Part shown: one piece after another, positions 50,572 to 60,397 of the stretch
Layout: every line of letters begins with the position of its first letter
Numbering within the stretch: the first letter of the stretch is position 1
Assembly: GCA_965237415.1 (NCBI GenBank)
Contig: CBDEFM010000002.1
Coordinates: 896,001 to 960,000, forward strand
Length of the DNA: 64,000 nt
Direction: 5' to 3'
DNA from: Alphaproteobacteria bacterium
GTDB lineage: Bacteria; Pseudomonadota; Alphaproteobacteria; UBA828
Program-made: the position numbers and the translations under genes
Notes under the pieces: generated by a model
Told to the model about the DNA's origin: nothing
The model's database searches: none
What the model saw: the letters and a program-made list of their open reading frames with translations, nothing else

Positions 50572-51735
50572 ATGCTGCGCTTCATCATCGGTCGGGTCCT
50601 CCTCATCGTCCCGGTCCTGTTCGGGGTCTCCATCATCGTCTTCATGCTCGTTCAGCTCGCTCCCGGCGACGTGACCTCGACGTTGCTCGGGCCCATGGGC
50701 TCGGAGAACGCCAAGAAGGTGCTGAGGGCGGAGATGGGCCTCGACCGCCCCCTTCCGGTCCAATACGATAAGTGGCTGGCCGCCGTGGTGCAGGGCGATT
50801 TCGGCACGTCATGGGTTCACAAGCGCCCGGTGTCCGAAATCATCTTTCCGAAGTTCGTGAACACCGCGCTGCTTGCCGGCTCGGCCGCGATTCTCGCTTA
50901 CGTGCTCGGCTTCTCGTCCGGCCTGTTCGCCGCGGCCAAGTCGGGAACACTCTACGATCGGTCCATCACGGCGCTCGTACTCATCGCCGGTAGCATTCCG
51001 CTCTACTGGGGCGGGCTGGTGCTGGTTCTGCTTTTCTCTCTGACCTGGCGGTGGCTGCCGGCCACGGGGATGACGAAGATCGTCGTCGGCGGCGGCGTGC
51101 TCGACGTGCTCGAGCATCTTGTGCTCCCCGCGGTGGCCGCATCGCTTCCCTCGGCGGCGCTCATCTCGCGGATCACGCGCGCCACCATGATCGAAATCCT
51201 GAGCCAGAACTACATCCGCGTTGCACGCGCCAAGGGCCTGCGTCGCGCGATCATCCTGCGCAGACATGCGCTCCGAAACGCCTTGCCGCCCATCGTCACC
51301 GTGGGTGGCATGGAGCTCGGCTATCTTCTCGGCGGTGTCGTTCTCATCGAGGTGGTGTTCGCGTGGCCGGGTCTGGGCTTCGTGGTCTACAACGCGATTA
51401 TCGGGCGCGACCTGCCAACGGTTCAGGGAGCCGTGCTGATCCTGGCGCTTGCCTTCGTTCTCATCAATCTGACCGTTGACGTGCTGAACGCCTATCTGCA
51501 CCCCTACACACAAGCGTTGATACAGGCGATACCGGTGGCGCAGCCGGGCGCCAAGTCCGTGATCGAGATGGGCGCTCTCCAGGGCGACGTACCCAGCCCG
51601 ATCAACCCCCCACGGGGCTGCTCGTTCCACACGCGCTGTCCCCACGCCATGGAGCGCTGCCGGCAGGAGCAACCCCCTCTGCTCGGCGTGGGCTCCGGCC
51701 GCAAGGTTGCCTGCTTCCTGCACGACGCCTCTTGA
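50572..51735 (+). CDS. DppB permease fused in frame to a DppF/OppF C-terminal domain
   Basis: GLDRPL, ARAKGL..HALRNA, then NAYL|HPYTQAL..PRGCSFHTRC..VACFL. Confidence 0.85.
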   Translation: MLRFIIGRVLLIVPVLFGVSIIVFMLVQLAPGDVTSTLLGPMGSENAKKVLRAEMGLDRPLPVQYDKWLAAVVQGDFGTSWVHKRPVSEIIFPKFVNTALLAGSAAILAYVLGFSSGLFAAAKSGTLYDRSITALVLIAGSIPLYWGGLVLVLLFSLTWRWLPATGMTKIVVGGGVLDVLEHLVLPAVAASLPSAALISRITRATMIEILSQNYIRVARAKGLRRAIILRRHALRNALPPIVTVGGMELGYLLGGVVLIEVVFAWPGLGFVVYNAIIGRDLPTVQGAVLILALAFVLINLTVDVLNAYLHPYTQALIQAIPVAQPGAKSVIEMGALQGDVPSPINPPRGCSFHTRCPHAMERCRQEQPPLLGVGSGRKVACFLHDAS

Positions 51736-51766
51736 GTGCGAAATCGACGATCCCTGCATGCTCGGA

Positions 51767-53023
51767 TTATCGAGGGCCTGATGGCTCTCTATCGGGCGGC
51801 GGCCCGGAGGCCAGACGCCGACGCTGCACCATGAAGAAGACGTAGCCCAGCAACGCCATCGATCCCATCGCGAGGAACGCGAACCCCCAGGCGGTCGCCG
51901 CGCCCAACGGCGCGGCACGGTCGAGAACCACGCCCACCAGCGCCGGCGCGAACAGCGATCCGCCGAACCCCAGTGTCGAATGCACCGCAAGCGTTGCGCC
52001 GCGATGACCCACCGGGGACGAGGCGACGGCTCCCGCGGTCAGAGCCGCCGAATCGGCCTGGATGGCGGCCGCATAGACCAGGCAAAGGAACACCACCGCG
52101 GCGAAGGGCAGTGGCGAAGAAAAGCCGGTCACGGCGCTGAGCGCGAACGTCGCCAGCATCACCCATGTGATCAGGCGCGCGCGTCCGACGCGCAATGCCA
52201 GCTCCGCGCCGCCGATGCTCGAAACCACGGCGATGAGCGAGGTCAGGGTGGCGAAGAGCGTGGCGTCGAGTTCGAGGGCGCCGCCGCTGCCCAGGCAGAA
52301 TACGAGGAACGGCACGATCCAGGAGCGCATGGCGAACAGCTCGGCCCCGTGGCCGGCATAGGCAACGATGTAGCCCATCGTCTCCCGCGAGCGCAGAACC
52401 GGGCGGAAGTCCAGCACGTGCCTGCGCTCCTCGGCAGGCGCTTCCGGCGCCCGCGGTGCCACCAGCATCACGACGGCGACGACGCTGAGGACCGGTCCGG
52501 CGGCCGCGAACAGGAAAGCGCCGCGCCACCCGAACCACTCCAGCGCACCGCCCGCGAGCGCGTAGGAGACCGCAGTGCCTATGCTGAAGGAGGCCGTGTA
52601 GAAGGCCACCGCACGCGCCTGCCGTGCCTGCGACAGGCGGTCGGTGAGCACCTTGAGGCCCGGCATGTAGCATCCGGCGAGGCCGGCACCGGCCATTACG
52701 CGCCACGGCAACGCGGACCAGAATCCCGCCGCCAGGAAGGACATGCCGATCAAAGCCCCGGCGGAGAGCAGCGCGCCCAGAATGAAGACATGGCGGGCAT
52801 CGACCCGGTCGGTCATCGCGGTGAGGAAGGGGACCGCGAGGACGTAGCCGCCGAAAAACGCACCCGAGAGCCAGCCGGCCGTAGCGTTATTCATGTCCCA
52901 GGCCGGCTGAAGCACCGGCAGCAGCGACCAGTAGGTCGCAAAGCCGGTCATCGCGAACACTTCGGCCAGACACAGTGCGGCGATCAAGGCCCGAGGCCGC
53001 CGCAGTATGGCCTGCGCGATCAC
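51767..53023 (-). CDS. MFS transporter
   Basis: About 12 hydrophobic segments; TDRVDAR, AGCYMPGLK. Confidence 0.9.
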   Translation of the reverse strand: MIAQAILRRPRALIAALCLAEVFAMTGFATYWSLLPVLQPAWDMNNATAGWLSGAFFGGYVLAVPFLTAMTDRVDARHVFILGALLSAGALIGMSFLAAGFWSALPWRVMAGAGLAGCYMPGLKVLTDRLSQARQARAVAFYTASFSIGTAVSYALAGGALEWFGWRGAFLFAAAGPVLSVVAVVMLVAPRAPEAPAEERRHVLDFRPVLRSRETMGYIVAYAGHGAELFAMRSWIVPFLVFCLGSGGALELDATLFATLTSLIAVVSSIGGAELALRVGRARLITWVMLATFALSAVTGFSSPLPFAAVVFLCLVYAAAIQADSAALTAGAVASSPVGHRGATLAVHSTLGFGGSLFAPALVGVVLDRAAPLGAATAWGFAFLAMGSMALLGYVFFMVQRRRLASGPPPDREPSGPR

Positions 53024-53806
53024 GGCGCCCGGTCCGTCGTACCGCAGTGCGAAAGGGACATCGAGGGCGAGCCGCGGGGCCGGGCACACGCGGCGAAGCT
53101 CTGTGAGAGCCGGTCAATCGTCCACAGGCTGAGCCCCCGTTGCGAATTCCTGGCCGGCACGAATTTCTCGCCTGGATCGCGGTCCGATTCCGGCTCACAC
53201 CTCCGGCAGAACTTAAATTGGAAGCGGGATTCGGCGGGATTAAGTGGGATAAGTGGGATTCCGCGGCGCAAGATCGCCTTCGCCCGAGTCGCCCGCGCCT
53301 GAAAGGTCGCGGGCGCGCCAGACAGCGTCGTGCGCGCGGCATATGGGATCACGCGTGCGTTGCATAACGCCGTGCGGGCGGAACAGGTTCGCGCCCGCCC
53401 GCGCGCTCCGCCTGCCGCGCTCCACTTGTTCTCGCGCTGCGTCGCGCGGGTACGCGCGCGGAAGCAGGGTGCGCGGGTACGCGCGCGGGAAAATGATCGA
53501 CCCATCGCGCAATCCTGGCGCGCACGCAGCGCACCTTGCATCGCACCATGGTCCGGGGATTCGGGAGGGCAGAGGACCGGACCGTGATGAGACTGGCGGG
53601 CTGGCAGCTTCGCGGCGATCCCCATAGCGATCCTATGTAGCTCAGCGCAATGGGCCGTCCGACCGCCCGGAGCCACGCACGACAGTCGCTGACAGCGTAC
53701 AGGGAGAAGCGCGCGAAACTTGTATTGCACCGCTTTTCAGCGTCGCTTGTCGGCCCTTGGCGAGCACTCCGGACCGGATCGCGTGAGTCCGCCCCGGAGC
53801 GGGAGG

Positions 53807-54838
53807 TCAGACCGCACGCGCGGCTTCGACGAGACGGCCGAGCTTGGCGCGCGCGCCCTCGGAGCCCAGCATGATGAGCCCGCAGTCGGGCGCAGCCATC
53901 AGCCGGTCGGCATCGATGTGGTCGAGCGCTGCCCTCAGGCGCGCGACGATCTCGTCCACCGTCTCGACCCGGCTCGAGGCGATCTTGACGACGCCGAGGA
54001 TGACCGTGGTGCGGGCGAACGCGTCAAGCAAGGCAAGATCGTTGTGCCGGTGCGCGTCTTCGATGGAGACCGCGTCGACGCTGCTCGCCTCTACCGCACC
54101 GGCGAGCCGCCGGTAGGCCTCGGGATCGGCCTTCACGTAATCGGTTTCGTCCAGCTTGTCGGGATAGCCGCAGCACATGTGCAAGGTTCGGGTCACGCCG
54201 TCGGGAACGCCGTGGAAGCACCGTTCCAGGTTCTCGATCCCGTAGTCGAGCGCCTCGTCCGGCAGGCGCGCGAAGAGCGGCTCGTCGATCTGGATGTGGC
54301 GGCAACCGGCCTCCGCCAGACGCCTGATCTCCAGGTTGAGCGCATCGGAGAGATCGGCCCACCAGTCACGGCGGTCGGAATAGAAGGTATTGGCGGTCGA
54401 GTCCGCAATGGTGAGCGGCCCGGAAACGGTGATCTTGACGGGCCTCTCCGTCGCCGCCTGCGCAACCTCCCAGTCGCGCACCAGGAACGGTTCGCGCGCC
54501 GCGACCTTGCCCGTAAACGTGGGCATCTCGGCCGTCCAGGCGCCGTTGCGCATGGTGCAGAGCGTTAGCGTATCGGGTTCGAAGCCATCCAGATGACTGC
54601 AGTGGTAGTGGATGTAGTTCGCCCGCCGCATCTCGCCGTCGGTCGGGATGTCGATACCGATCGCGGCCTGCTCGGCCACGACCTCCCGCGTGGCACGATC
54701 GAAAGCGGCCCGCCGCTCCTCCGGCGTGAGCGTCCCGCCCTCGACCTCACCGGCCTGGACGCCCTCGTCCATCCAGGCCATGCGCGGCACGTAGGGCGGC
54801 TTGGGATACGCGCCGATGCAGGTGGTCAGGAGCGGCAT
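53807..54838 (-). CDS. Cobalamin-independent methionine synthase II family protein
   Basis: TDGEMRR, IQIDEP, HMCCGY, APDCGL. Confidence 0.9.
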   Translation of the reverse strand: MPLLTTCIGAYPKPPYVPRMAWMDEGVQAGEVEGGTLTPEERRAAFDRATREVVAEQAAIGIDIPTDGEMRRANYIHYHCSHLDGFEPDTLTLCTMRNGAWTAEMPTFTGKVAAREPFLVRDWEVAQAATERPVKITVSGPLTIADSTANTFYSDRRDWWADLSDALNLEIRRLAEAGCRHIQIDEPLFARLPDEALDYGIENLERCFHGVPDGVTRTLHMCCGYPDKLDETDYVKADPEAYRRLAGAVEASSVDAVSIEDAHRHNDLALLDAFARTTVILGVVKIASSRVETVDEIVARLRAALDHIDADRLMAAPDCGLIMLGSEGARAKLGRLVEAARAV

Positions 54839-54883
54839 GGACGGCCTCGTAACCCCCGGTGGCGCCACGCCGTGCGCCGGGAC

Positions 54884-55633
54884 TCACGCGTCGTCGAACT
54901 GTGCGGGCTTTTCCTTGCCCAAGCGAGTCCAATATTCCGCCGGAATCAGCTCGGGCTTCTTGTAAAAGTGCCAGCGGCAGGGCTTGGCGTGATCGGGGTC
55001 GAAGTCCGTAACCCAGAGCGGTGCGCCGCCCCACTCGATCGGCAGGATCTCGTTGAGCGTGCAGTGGACACAGTAATAGGGCACATCCTTGCGACCCCAG
55101 CTCCACCAGTGCGCTTCCTGAGTCGAGCCGAAGTTATAGGGCGGGCCAAGGCGCGAGGGGGTCTTGTCCATGGGGTCGCCGCGGCGCATCCGACCGCCGC
55201 TGCCGCAGGGGTCCATGACGATGGTGTAGCGCTCGGCGTCCTCCAACACGTCGATATCGCCCTCCTGCCGGGGCCCACAGCGGTGCGCGCGCATCATCTC
55301 TGCGGTGAGCGTGACCTGGCGCTCCACGGTCATCTTGCGGAACCCCCTCCAGGTCCGCTTCATCATCCAGGTCTCCTGGGTCGCGCGCAGCATGGCGTAG
55401 ACCTCGCCCTCGCCGAACTTACGCCCGATCTTGGTCAGCATGTCCCAGATCCAGTCGCAGTAGAGGTCGTGGAGGCCCTTCCACTCGTGGATCAGGTTGC
55501 GTGCGAGCGTCTTGGCCTCCTTCGTGCGGCCCGTGTCGATCGCCTCTTCGATCACCTCTCCGGTGGGCCGGCCCAGATCGTCGAGATCGTCCTCGCGCAG
55601 CACCCGGCCCGCGAAATCAGAAAGCCTGAGCAT
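54884..55633 (-). CDS. Conserved hypothetical Cys/His-motif protein
   Basis: HDLYCDW, AHRCG, DPCGSGGR, YCVHC, PCRW; RBS upstream; co-oriented with its neighbours. Confidence 0.75.
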   Translation of the reverse strand: MLRLSDFAGRVLREDDLDDLGRPTGEVIEEAIDTGRTKEAKTLARNLIHEWKGLHDLYCDWIWDMLTKIGRKFGEGEVYAMLRATQETWMMKRTWRGFRKMTVERQVTLTAEMMRAHRCGPRQEGDIDVLEDAERYTIVMDPCGSGGRMRRGDPMDKTPSRLGPPYNFGSTQEAHWWSWGRKDVPYYCVHCTLNEILPIEWGGAPLWVTDFDPDHAKPCRWHFYKKPELIPAEYWTRLGKEKPAQFDDA

Positions 55634-55655
55634 AACGACTCCCCTTCCCTCTCGG

Positions 55656-56675
55656 TTACGCGTCCTGCGCGGGGCGGACGGCACCGACGAGGCGGCCGGC
55701 CCAGTTGCGCAGGGGTTTGTCCAGCATGTCGGCCAGCGCCTCCCGGTCCCGGTCGTCGAGGACGCCGAGACGGTCGAGCATGGCCGCAACAGCGGCATTG
55801 GCGGCGCGGGTCGCGCCGTCGCGCACCTTCAGCGCAAGGCCCAGGCCGCTCTCGTAGAGCGCGGCGAAGAACACCCCTTCGGCGCCGAACTTGACCAGCA
55901 CGCGTTCGCCTGCCGTCTGGATGATGCGCGTGCACGCGCGGCCGTCGCCGGCAACCAGGAAGGGATGGCCGGCGACCGCGCGGCGCACCCGCGCAATCGC
56001 GGCGCGCCGTTCGTCGTCGAGGCCGGTGGAGTCCGCGATGCGCGCTGCGGCCCGCGCAAGCGCAGAGAGCGGCAGGCCGATCGTGGGGATGCTGCACCCG
56101 TCGATCGCCCAGGGCGCCCGCGCAAGATCGTGGCCGGAGAGCGCGGCGATGGCGGCGGACACCCGCTGCTGCACCGGATGGTCGCGCGCGATATAGCCCT
56201 GCGTCGGCTCGCCCAGCGCGCGTGCCGTGACCAGGAAGGCGGCGTGCTTGCCCGAGCACATGTTCTGCACCGCGAGGCCACTCTCGCCGGCGCGCACGCA
56301 GGCGTGAGCTGACGGCGTGTGATAGGGCAAGTGAGGGCCGCATTCGAGGTCGTCCTCGCCAAGCCCGGCGCGCGCGAGCCAGCCGCGCACGACCTCCACA
56401 TGGGCCGCCTGACCGTTGTGCGACGAGCAGGCAAGCGCGATCTCCTCGTCGCTCACCGCATGACGCTCGGCAGCGCCGGTTTCGATCAGCGGCAGAACCT
56501 GAACCGATTTGATCGCCGAGCGCGGATAGACGACCGACTCGGTCTCGCCCCAGCCCTGGACGAGGCGCCCGGACGAATCGACCACCGCGACATCCACCAG
56601 ATGCCGGCTCTCGACCGCGGGCCCTCGGGTGCATTCGACCACCAGCGGCCCTCGCTTATCCGTCTCCATCGACAC
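55656..56675 (-). CDS. L-asparaginase II (Rhizobium-type) family protein
   Basis: RSAIK, CSSHNG, NMCSGKH, DGCSIP, KFGAEG. Confidence 0.9.
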   Translation of the reverse strand: MSMETDKRGPLVVECTRGPAVESRHLVDVAVVDSSGRLVQGWGETESVVYPRSAIKSVQVLPLIETGAAERHAVSDEEIALACSSHNGQAAHVEVVRGWLARAGLGEDDLECGPHLPYHTPSAHACVRAGESGLAVQNMCSGKHAAFLVTARALGEPTQGYIARDHPVQQRVSAAIAALSGHDLARAPWAIDGCSIPTIGLPLSALARAAARIADSTGLDDERRAAIARVRRAVAGHPFLVAGDGRACTRIIQTAGERVLVKFGAEGVFFAALYESGLGLALKVRDGATRAANAAVAAMLDRLGVLDDRDREALADMLDKPLRNWAGRLVGAVRPAQDA

Positions 56676-56729
56676 ACGCTCTACCTTCGCACGGCGACGG
56701 GGCTTGACCGTAGCACGTCGGCGCCTCGC

Positions 56730-57590
56730 CTACGCCTCGCGCGCGGCCGTCAGCGCTTCGCTTTCTTCCCACAGGCGCCGCGCGGCCGCCGCATCCTGCG
56801 AGACGCGGGACGAGCGGACGGGCTTGCGTCGCACGAAATAGCGTCCGCTGACTTCGGCGACCTCTGGTGCGGTTGCGAGATAAAGCATCGTGTCCGCGCC
56901 CTTCTCGGGGCTCAGCACGAGGCGGCTGGTAAACACCATGCGCATCCAGCCCGGCAAGTTGCGGAAGATGCCCGTCGCGACAACGCCGGGATGCAGGCAG
57001 TTTGCGGTGACACCTGTCCCTTCCAGCCGGCGCGAAAGCTCATGGGTGAAGAGTATGTTCGCGAGCTTCGAGCGGCTGTAGGCACCAAAGCCGGAATAGC
57101 GCCGCTCGCCTTGCAGGTCGTCGAAATCGAGCGCGAAGTTTCGGTGCGCCGCGGAGCTCACGGTGATCACGCGTGCGGGCGCGCTCGCTCTCAGCCGATC
57201 CAGCAGCAGACTGGTGAGGAGGAATGGCGCCAGGTGATTGACCGCGAAGGTCGTCTCCAACCCGTCCTCGGTAACGAGCCGGGTCCCCCAACCGGCGATG
57301 CCGGCATTGTTGATCAATACGTCGAGGCGGTCGAAGCACGCCAGAAAGGCCGCCGCCACCTCACGCACCTGCCGCTGGGAGGAGAGATCGGCTGTCAGCA
57401 GGGTTGCATTGCCGCTCCCGCCACGCCGCTCGATCTCCTCCGGCACCGGGCCGCCGCGCTCTTCGTTGCGGCAGATGAGCACGACCGTCGCCCCTCGCTC
57501 CGCGAGGCCGAGCGCCGTCACCCTGCCGATCCCCGAGCTCGCGCCCGTGACGACGCAGACCTTGCCGTGCATCACGGTGCCATACGCCAC
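56730..57590 (-). CDS. SDR, retinol-dehydrogenase-like
   Basis: TGASSGIG, NNAG, VNHLAPF, YSRSK. Confidence 0.92.
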   Translation of the reverse strand: MAYGTVMHGKVCVVTGASSGIGRVTALGLAERGATVVLICRNEERGGPVPEEIERRGGSGNATLLTADLSSQRQVREVAAAFLACFDRLDVLINNAGIAGWGTRLVTEDGLETTFAVNHLAPFLLTSLLLDRLRASAPARVITVSSAAHRNFALDFDDLQGERRYSGFGAYSRSKLANILFTHELSRRLEGTGVTANCLHPGVVATGIFRNLPGWMRMVFTSRLVLSPEKGADTMLYLATAPEVAEVSGRYFVRRKPVRSSRVSQDAAAARRLWEESEALTAAREA

Positions 57591-57621
57591 TTTGTTCCAG
57601 GTAGCAGGGTCAGGAACGTCT

Positions 57622-57876
57622 TCAGGCTGCCGATGCGCGGGCTTGCGCCAGATCGTACGCGCCCTGCATACGCACCCAATGCCCGGCGTCGCTCCAGCCG
57701 ATGCGCTCCAGGGCCAGTGCCATTCGCGGTGACACGCCCGCCCTGCCGTTCAACACGCGCGACAGCGTGTTCCGCGTGACGCCGAGCCGGGCGGCAGCCC
57801 CGGCCACCGTCCATCCCTCTGCGCTAACGGCGTCGCGGATGATCTCGCCGGGATGTGGGGGATCGTGCATGGCCAT
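57622..57876 (-). CDS. higA: HigA antitoxin
   Basis: PPHPGEII, AAARLGVTR..LSRVLNG, W..MQ..YDL. Confidence 0.9.
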   Translation of the reverse strand: MAMHDPPHPGEIIRDAVSAEGWTVAGAAARLGVTRNTLSRVLNGRAGVSPRMALALERIGWSDAGHWVRMQGAYDLAQARASAA

Positions 57877-57891
57877 GCGCCTGCTCCTTCT

Positions 57892-58164
57892 TCAGTGATA
57901 GTCGACCAGGTCCACACCCACAACTTCGCCATCGGCGAAGCGGAACACGATGCGCCAGTTCCCCGACACGGACACGCTCCACTGGCCGGCCCGGTCGCCT
58001 TTGAGTGGATGCAACCGCAAACCCGGCAGATTCATATGATGCGGTTCCGTTGCCTCGTCCAGCATGAGCAGGATTCGCCGAAGCCGCGGTACCATACGGG
58101 GGTCCAATTGCCGGGTATCACCTCGCGCATAAAGCCGCCGTAGCGCCCGGTGGGCGATCCTCAT
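57892..58164 (-). CDS. higB: HigB (RelE/ParE-family) toxin
   Basis: LHPLKGDRAGQWSVSVSGNWRIVFRF..DYH; toxin precedes antitoxin. Confidence 0.92.
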   Translation of the reverse strand: MRIAHRALRRLYARGDTRQLDPRMVPRLRRILLMLDEATEPHHMNLPGLRLHPLKGDRAGQWSVSVSGNWRIVFRFADGEVVGVDLVDYH

Positions 58165-58259
58165 TCCATCAATGAACCGCGAACCGACGCACGATACACT
58201 ATCGCGACGGCCACGTATCGGCCCCTAACACGGCTGGTCCGGATGCCTAGTTCGCGCGA

Positions 58260-59084
58260 TCATGCGGCTTCGGGATCGGCGGCCTGGGCAAGGATGTCCA
58301 ACGCGGGCGCGTGCAGCCGGGGATCGCCCACCGCCAGCACCCGGCCGTCAGAGCCGACCGGCCCGCCGTCCCACGCGGTCACGAGGCCGCCAGCGCCCTC
58401 CACGATAGGAATCAGCGCTGCGATGTCCCAGAGGTTCATGCTCGCCTCGACCACCAGATCGATGAAGCCGGCGGCGAGCATCCCGTAGGCGTAACAATCG
58501 GCACCGAAGCGCCGCAGGCGGACGCGGGCGGCGAGGGAATCGAAGGCGGCACGCTCGACCGGCGTGAACATGTCGGGCTCGGTCGCGTAAAGGACCGCTC
58601 CGCTCAGCTCGGGGCAGGCGCGCGTGGCGAGCCGGCGATCGTCCAGATAGGCACCCTCGCCATGGCCCACGAACCGCTCGCCGAGGAAGGGCTGGTTCAG
58701 CACGCCGATGATGCCCTGTCCGCGATCCTGCAGCGCGATCAACGTGCCCCAAGTCGTCATGCCGGAAATGAACGCCTTGGTGCCGTCGATCGGGTCGATG
58801 ACCCAGGTGAAGCGGGCACCTGGCCGCTCGTGCCCGTACTCCTCCCCGAGGATGCCGTGGCCGGGGCAGACCTCTTCGATCAACGCGCGGATCGTGGATT
58901 CGGCCTCGCGGTCGGCCACCGTTACCGGCGAGTAACCGGCGACGTGGTCCTTGTCCTCAATCGCCAGCGTCTGCCGGAAATAGCGCAGGATGACGGCGCC
59001 CGACGCATCCGCAAGTTGATGTACCAGGGGGAGATATTCGCGCCACGTCTCCGCTTTCTCCACTCTCGGTACTCCTCCCGCCAA
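58260..59084 (-). CDS. hisN: Histidinol-phosphatase, IMPase family
   Basis: PVTVADR, WVIDPIDGTKAF, DCYAY, WDIAALIPIVEGAGG. Confidence 0.85.
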   Translation of the reverse strand: MAGGVPRVEKAETWREYLPLVHQLADASGAVILRYFRQTLAIEDKDHVAGYSPVTVADREAESTIRALIEEVCPGHGILGEEYGHERPGARFTWVIDPIDGTKAFISGMTTWGTLIALQDRGQGIIGVLNQPFLGERFVGHGEGAYLDDRRLATRACPELSGAVLYATEPDMFTPVERAAFDSLAARVRLRRFGADCYAYGMLAAGFIDLVVEASMNLWDIAALIPIVEGAGGLVTAWDGGPVGSDGRVLAVGDPRLHAPALDILAQAADPEAA

Positions 59085-59239
59085 CCGACAGCCGACAATC
59101 GACTGCGTGCTCCGCTACCCCGCGACCATAGCAGGCCCGCCCCGCCAACCGCCAATCGCGCGAAGGCGCGGCGCTTGCGTGGGCGGCGCTCCTGGCCGAC
59201 GCTTGAACTGACTGCAGGCCCGGAGGATCGGACGCGAAT

Positions 59240-60397
59240 ATGGGCATGAGAGCGGGCAAGGAGCGTGTCCGCACAGGCAGAGAAGCGCAACAGATCGTTG
59301 CGTTGGCACTCGCTCTGGCGCTGTCTCTGACCCTCGCCAGCGGCGCGACGACGGCGCGCGAGTGCGAGGGGCCGGGCATCAACCACCTGCCGGGGCCGGC
59401 AACCTCTGACGAAGTTCTCAGCGTCATCGCCTACAATGTCTATCTGCTGCCCTCGCACGTCCGCGCCATACCCTTCATGGGCGAGCGATTTGCTATCGCG
59501 CAGGAGGAGCGTGCGGAGCGTATCCCGCCGTTTCTCGCCCCCTATGACGTGGTCATCCTGTCCGAAGCCTACGACGATGACGCACGCGCGATACTGCTGG
59601 ACGGGCTCAAGGCTCGGGGTTTTCTCTATTCCACCCGCATCCTCGGCAGCGCCTGCCGCGCTGCCTCAAGCTGCAAGAAGGGCACGGTCTACGAACAGCC
59701 TCTCGCCGACGGCGAGGCGCCGCGCGGCGGCGAGGGCGACACCTGGTTCGGCGAGGACGGCGGCGTCCTGATTGCCAGCAAGCATCCGATCGGTGCTGCC
59801 AGCGAATGGGTCTACGCCGATTGCGTCGAACCCGATTGCAACGCCGCCAAGGGCTTCGTCTACGCCCGCATCGACAAGGGGAGCGCGCGCTACCACGTGA
59901 TCGGCACCCACGCGCAGTTCGGCTGGAACACCGAGCAGCGCGAAGCAAAGGCGGCGCAGCTCAGTGCCATCCGCCAGTTCCTCGAGAACGAGTCGGCGAT
60001 CCCGCGCTCGGAGCCGGTCATCGTCGGCGGCGACTTCAACGTCCTCCGTCACGAGTTCGACGGCCTGCTCGACGACGAGCCGCTCGGCTTGCTGGCGCCC
60101 ACCTTTCGCGGCCATCGCTACACACGCGAGACGCGCAGCGACTGGGCGCAGCGCGGCAACGGCTACGTCGATTACATCCTCGCCAAGAAGGGCTGGCGCG
60201 CGCCCGGCTACAGCAGCAATTGCCCGATGGTCTTCCGCACGCGCTTCGACTTCGCGGACCGCACACTGTTCTCGGTCGTGAAGGGCGCGGACTATTGCGA
60301 CCTCTCGGACCACTGGGCCGTCTGGGGCTATTTCGACTACCGGGAGTACGACGCGGCTCCGCCCGAATGCCCCCTCCCCGAGTTCCCGCCGCGTTGA
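59240..60397 (+). CDS. Secreted sphingomyelinase C-like EEP phosphodiesterase
   Basis: Hydrophobic signal; AYNVY, LSEAYD, EDGGV, KGFVY, GTHAQ, GDFNV, DYI, SDH. Confidence 0.8.
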   Translation: MGMRAGKERVRTGREAQQIVALALALALSLTLASGATTARECEGPGINHLPGPATSDEVLSVIAYNVYLLPSHVRAIPFMGERFAIAQEERAERIPPFLAPYDVVILSEAYDDDARAILLDGLKARGFLYSTRILGSACRAASSCKKGTVYEQPLADGEAPRGGEGDTWFGEDGGVLIASKHPIGAASEWVYADCVEPDCNAAKGFVYARIDKGSARYHVIGTHAQFGWNTEQREAKAAQLSAIRQFLENESAIPRSEPVIVGGDFNVLRHEFDGLLDDEPLGLLAPTFRGHRYTRETRSDWAQRGNGYVDYILAKKGWRAPGYSSNCPMVFRTRFDFADRTLFSVVKGADYCDLSDHWAVWGYFDYREYDAAPPECPLPEFPPR

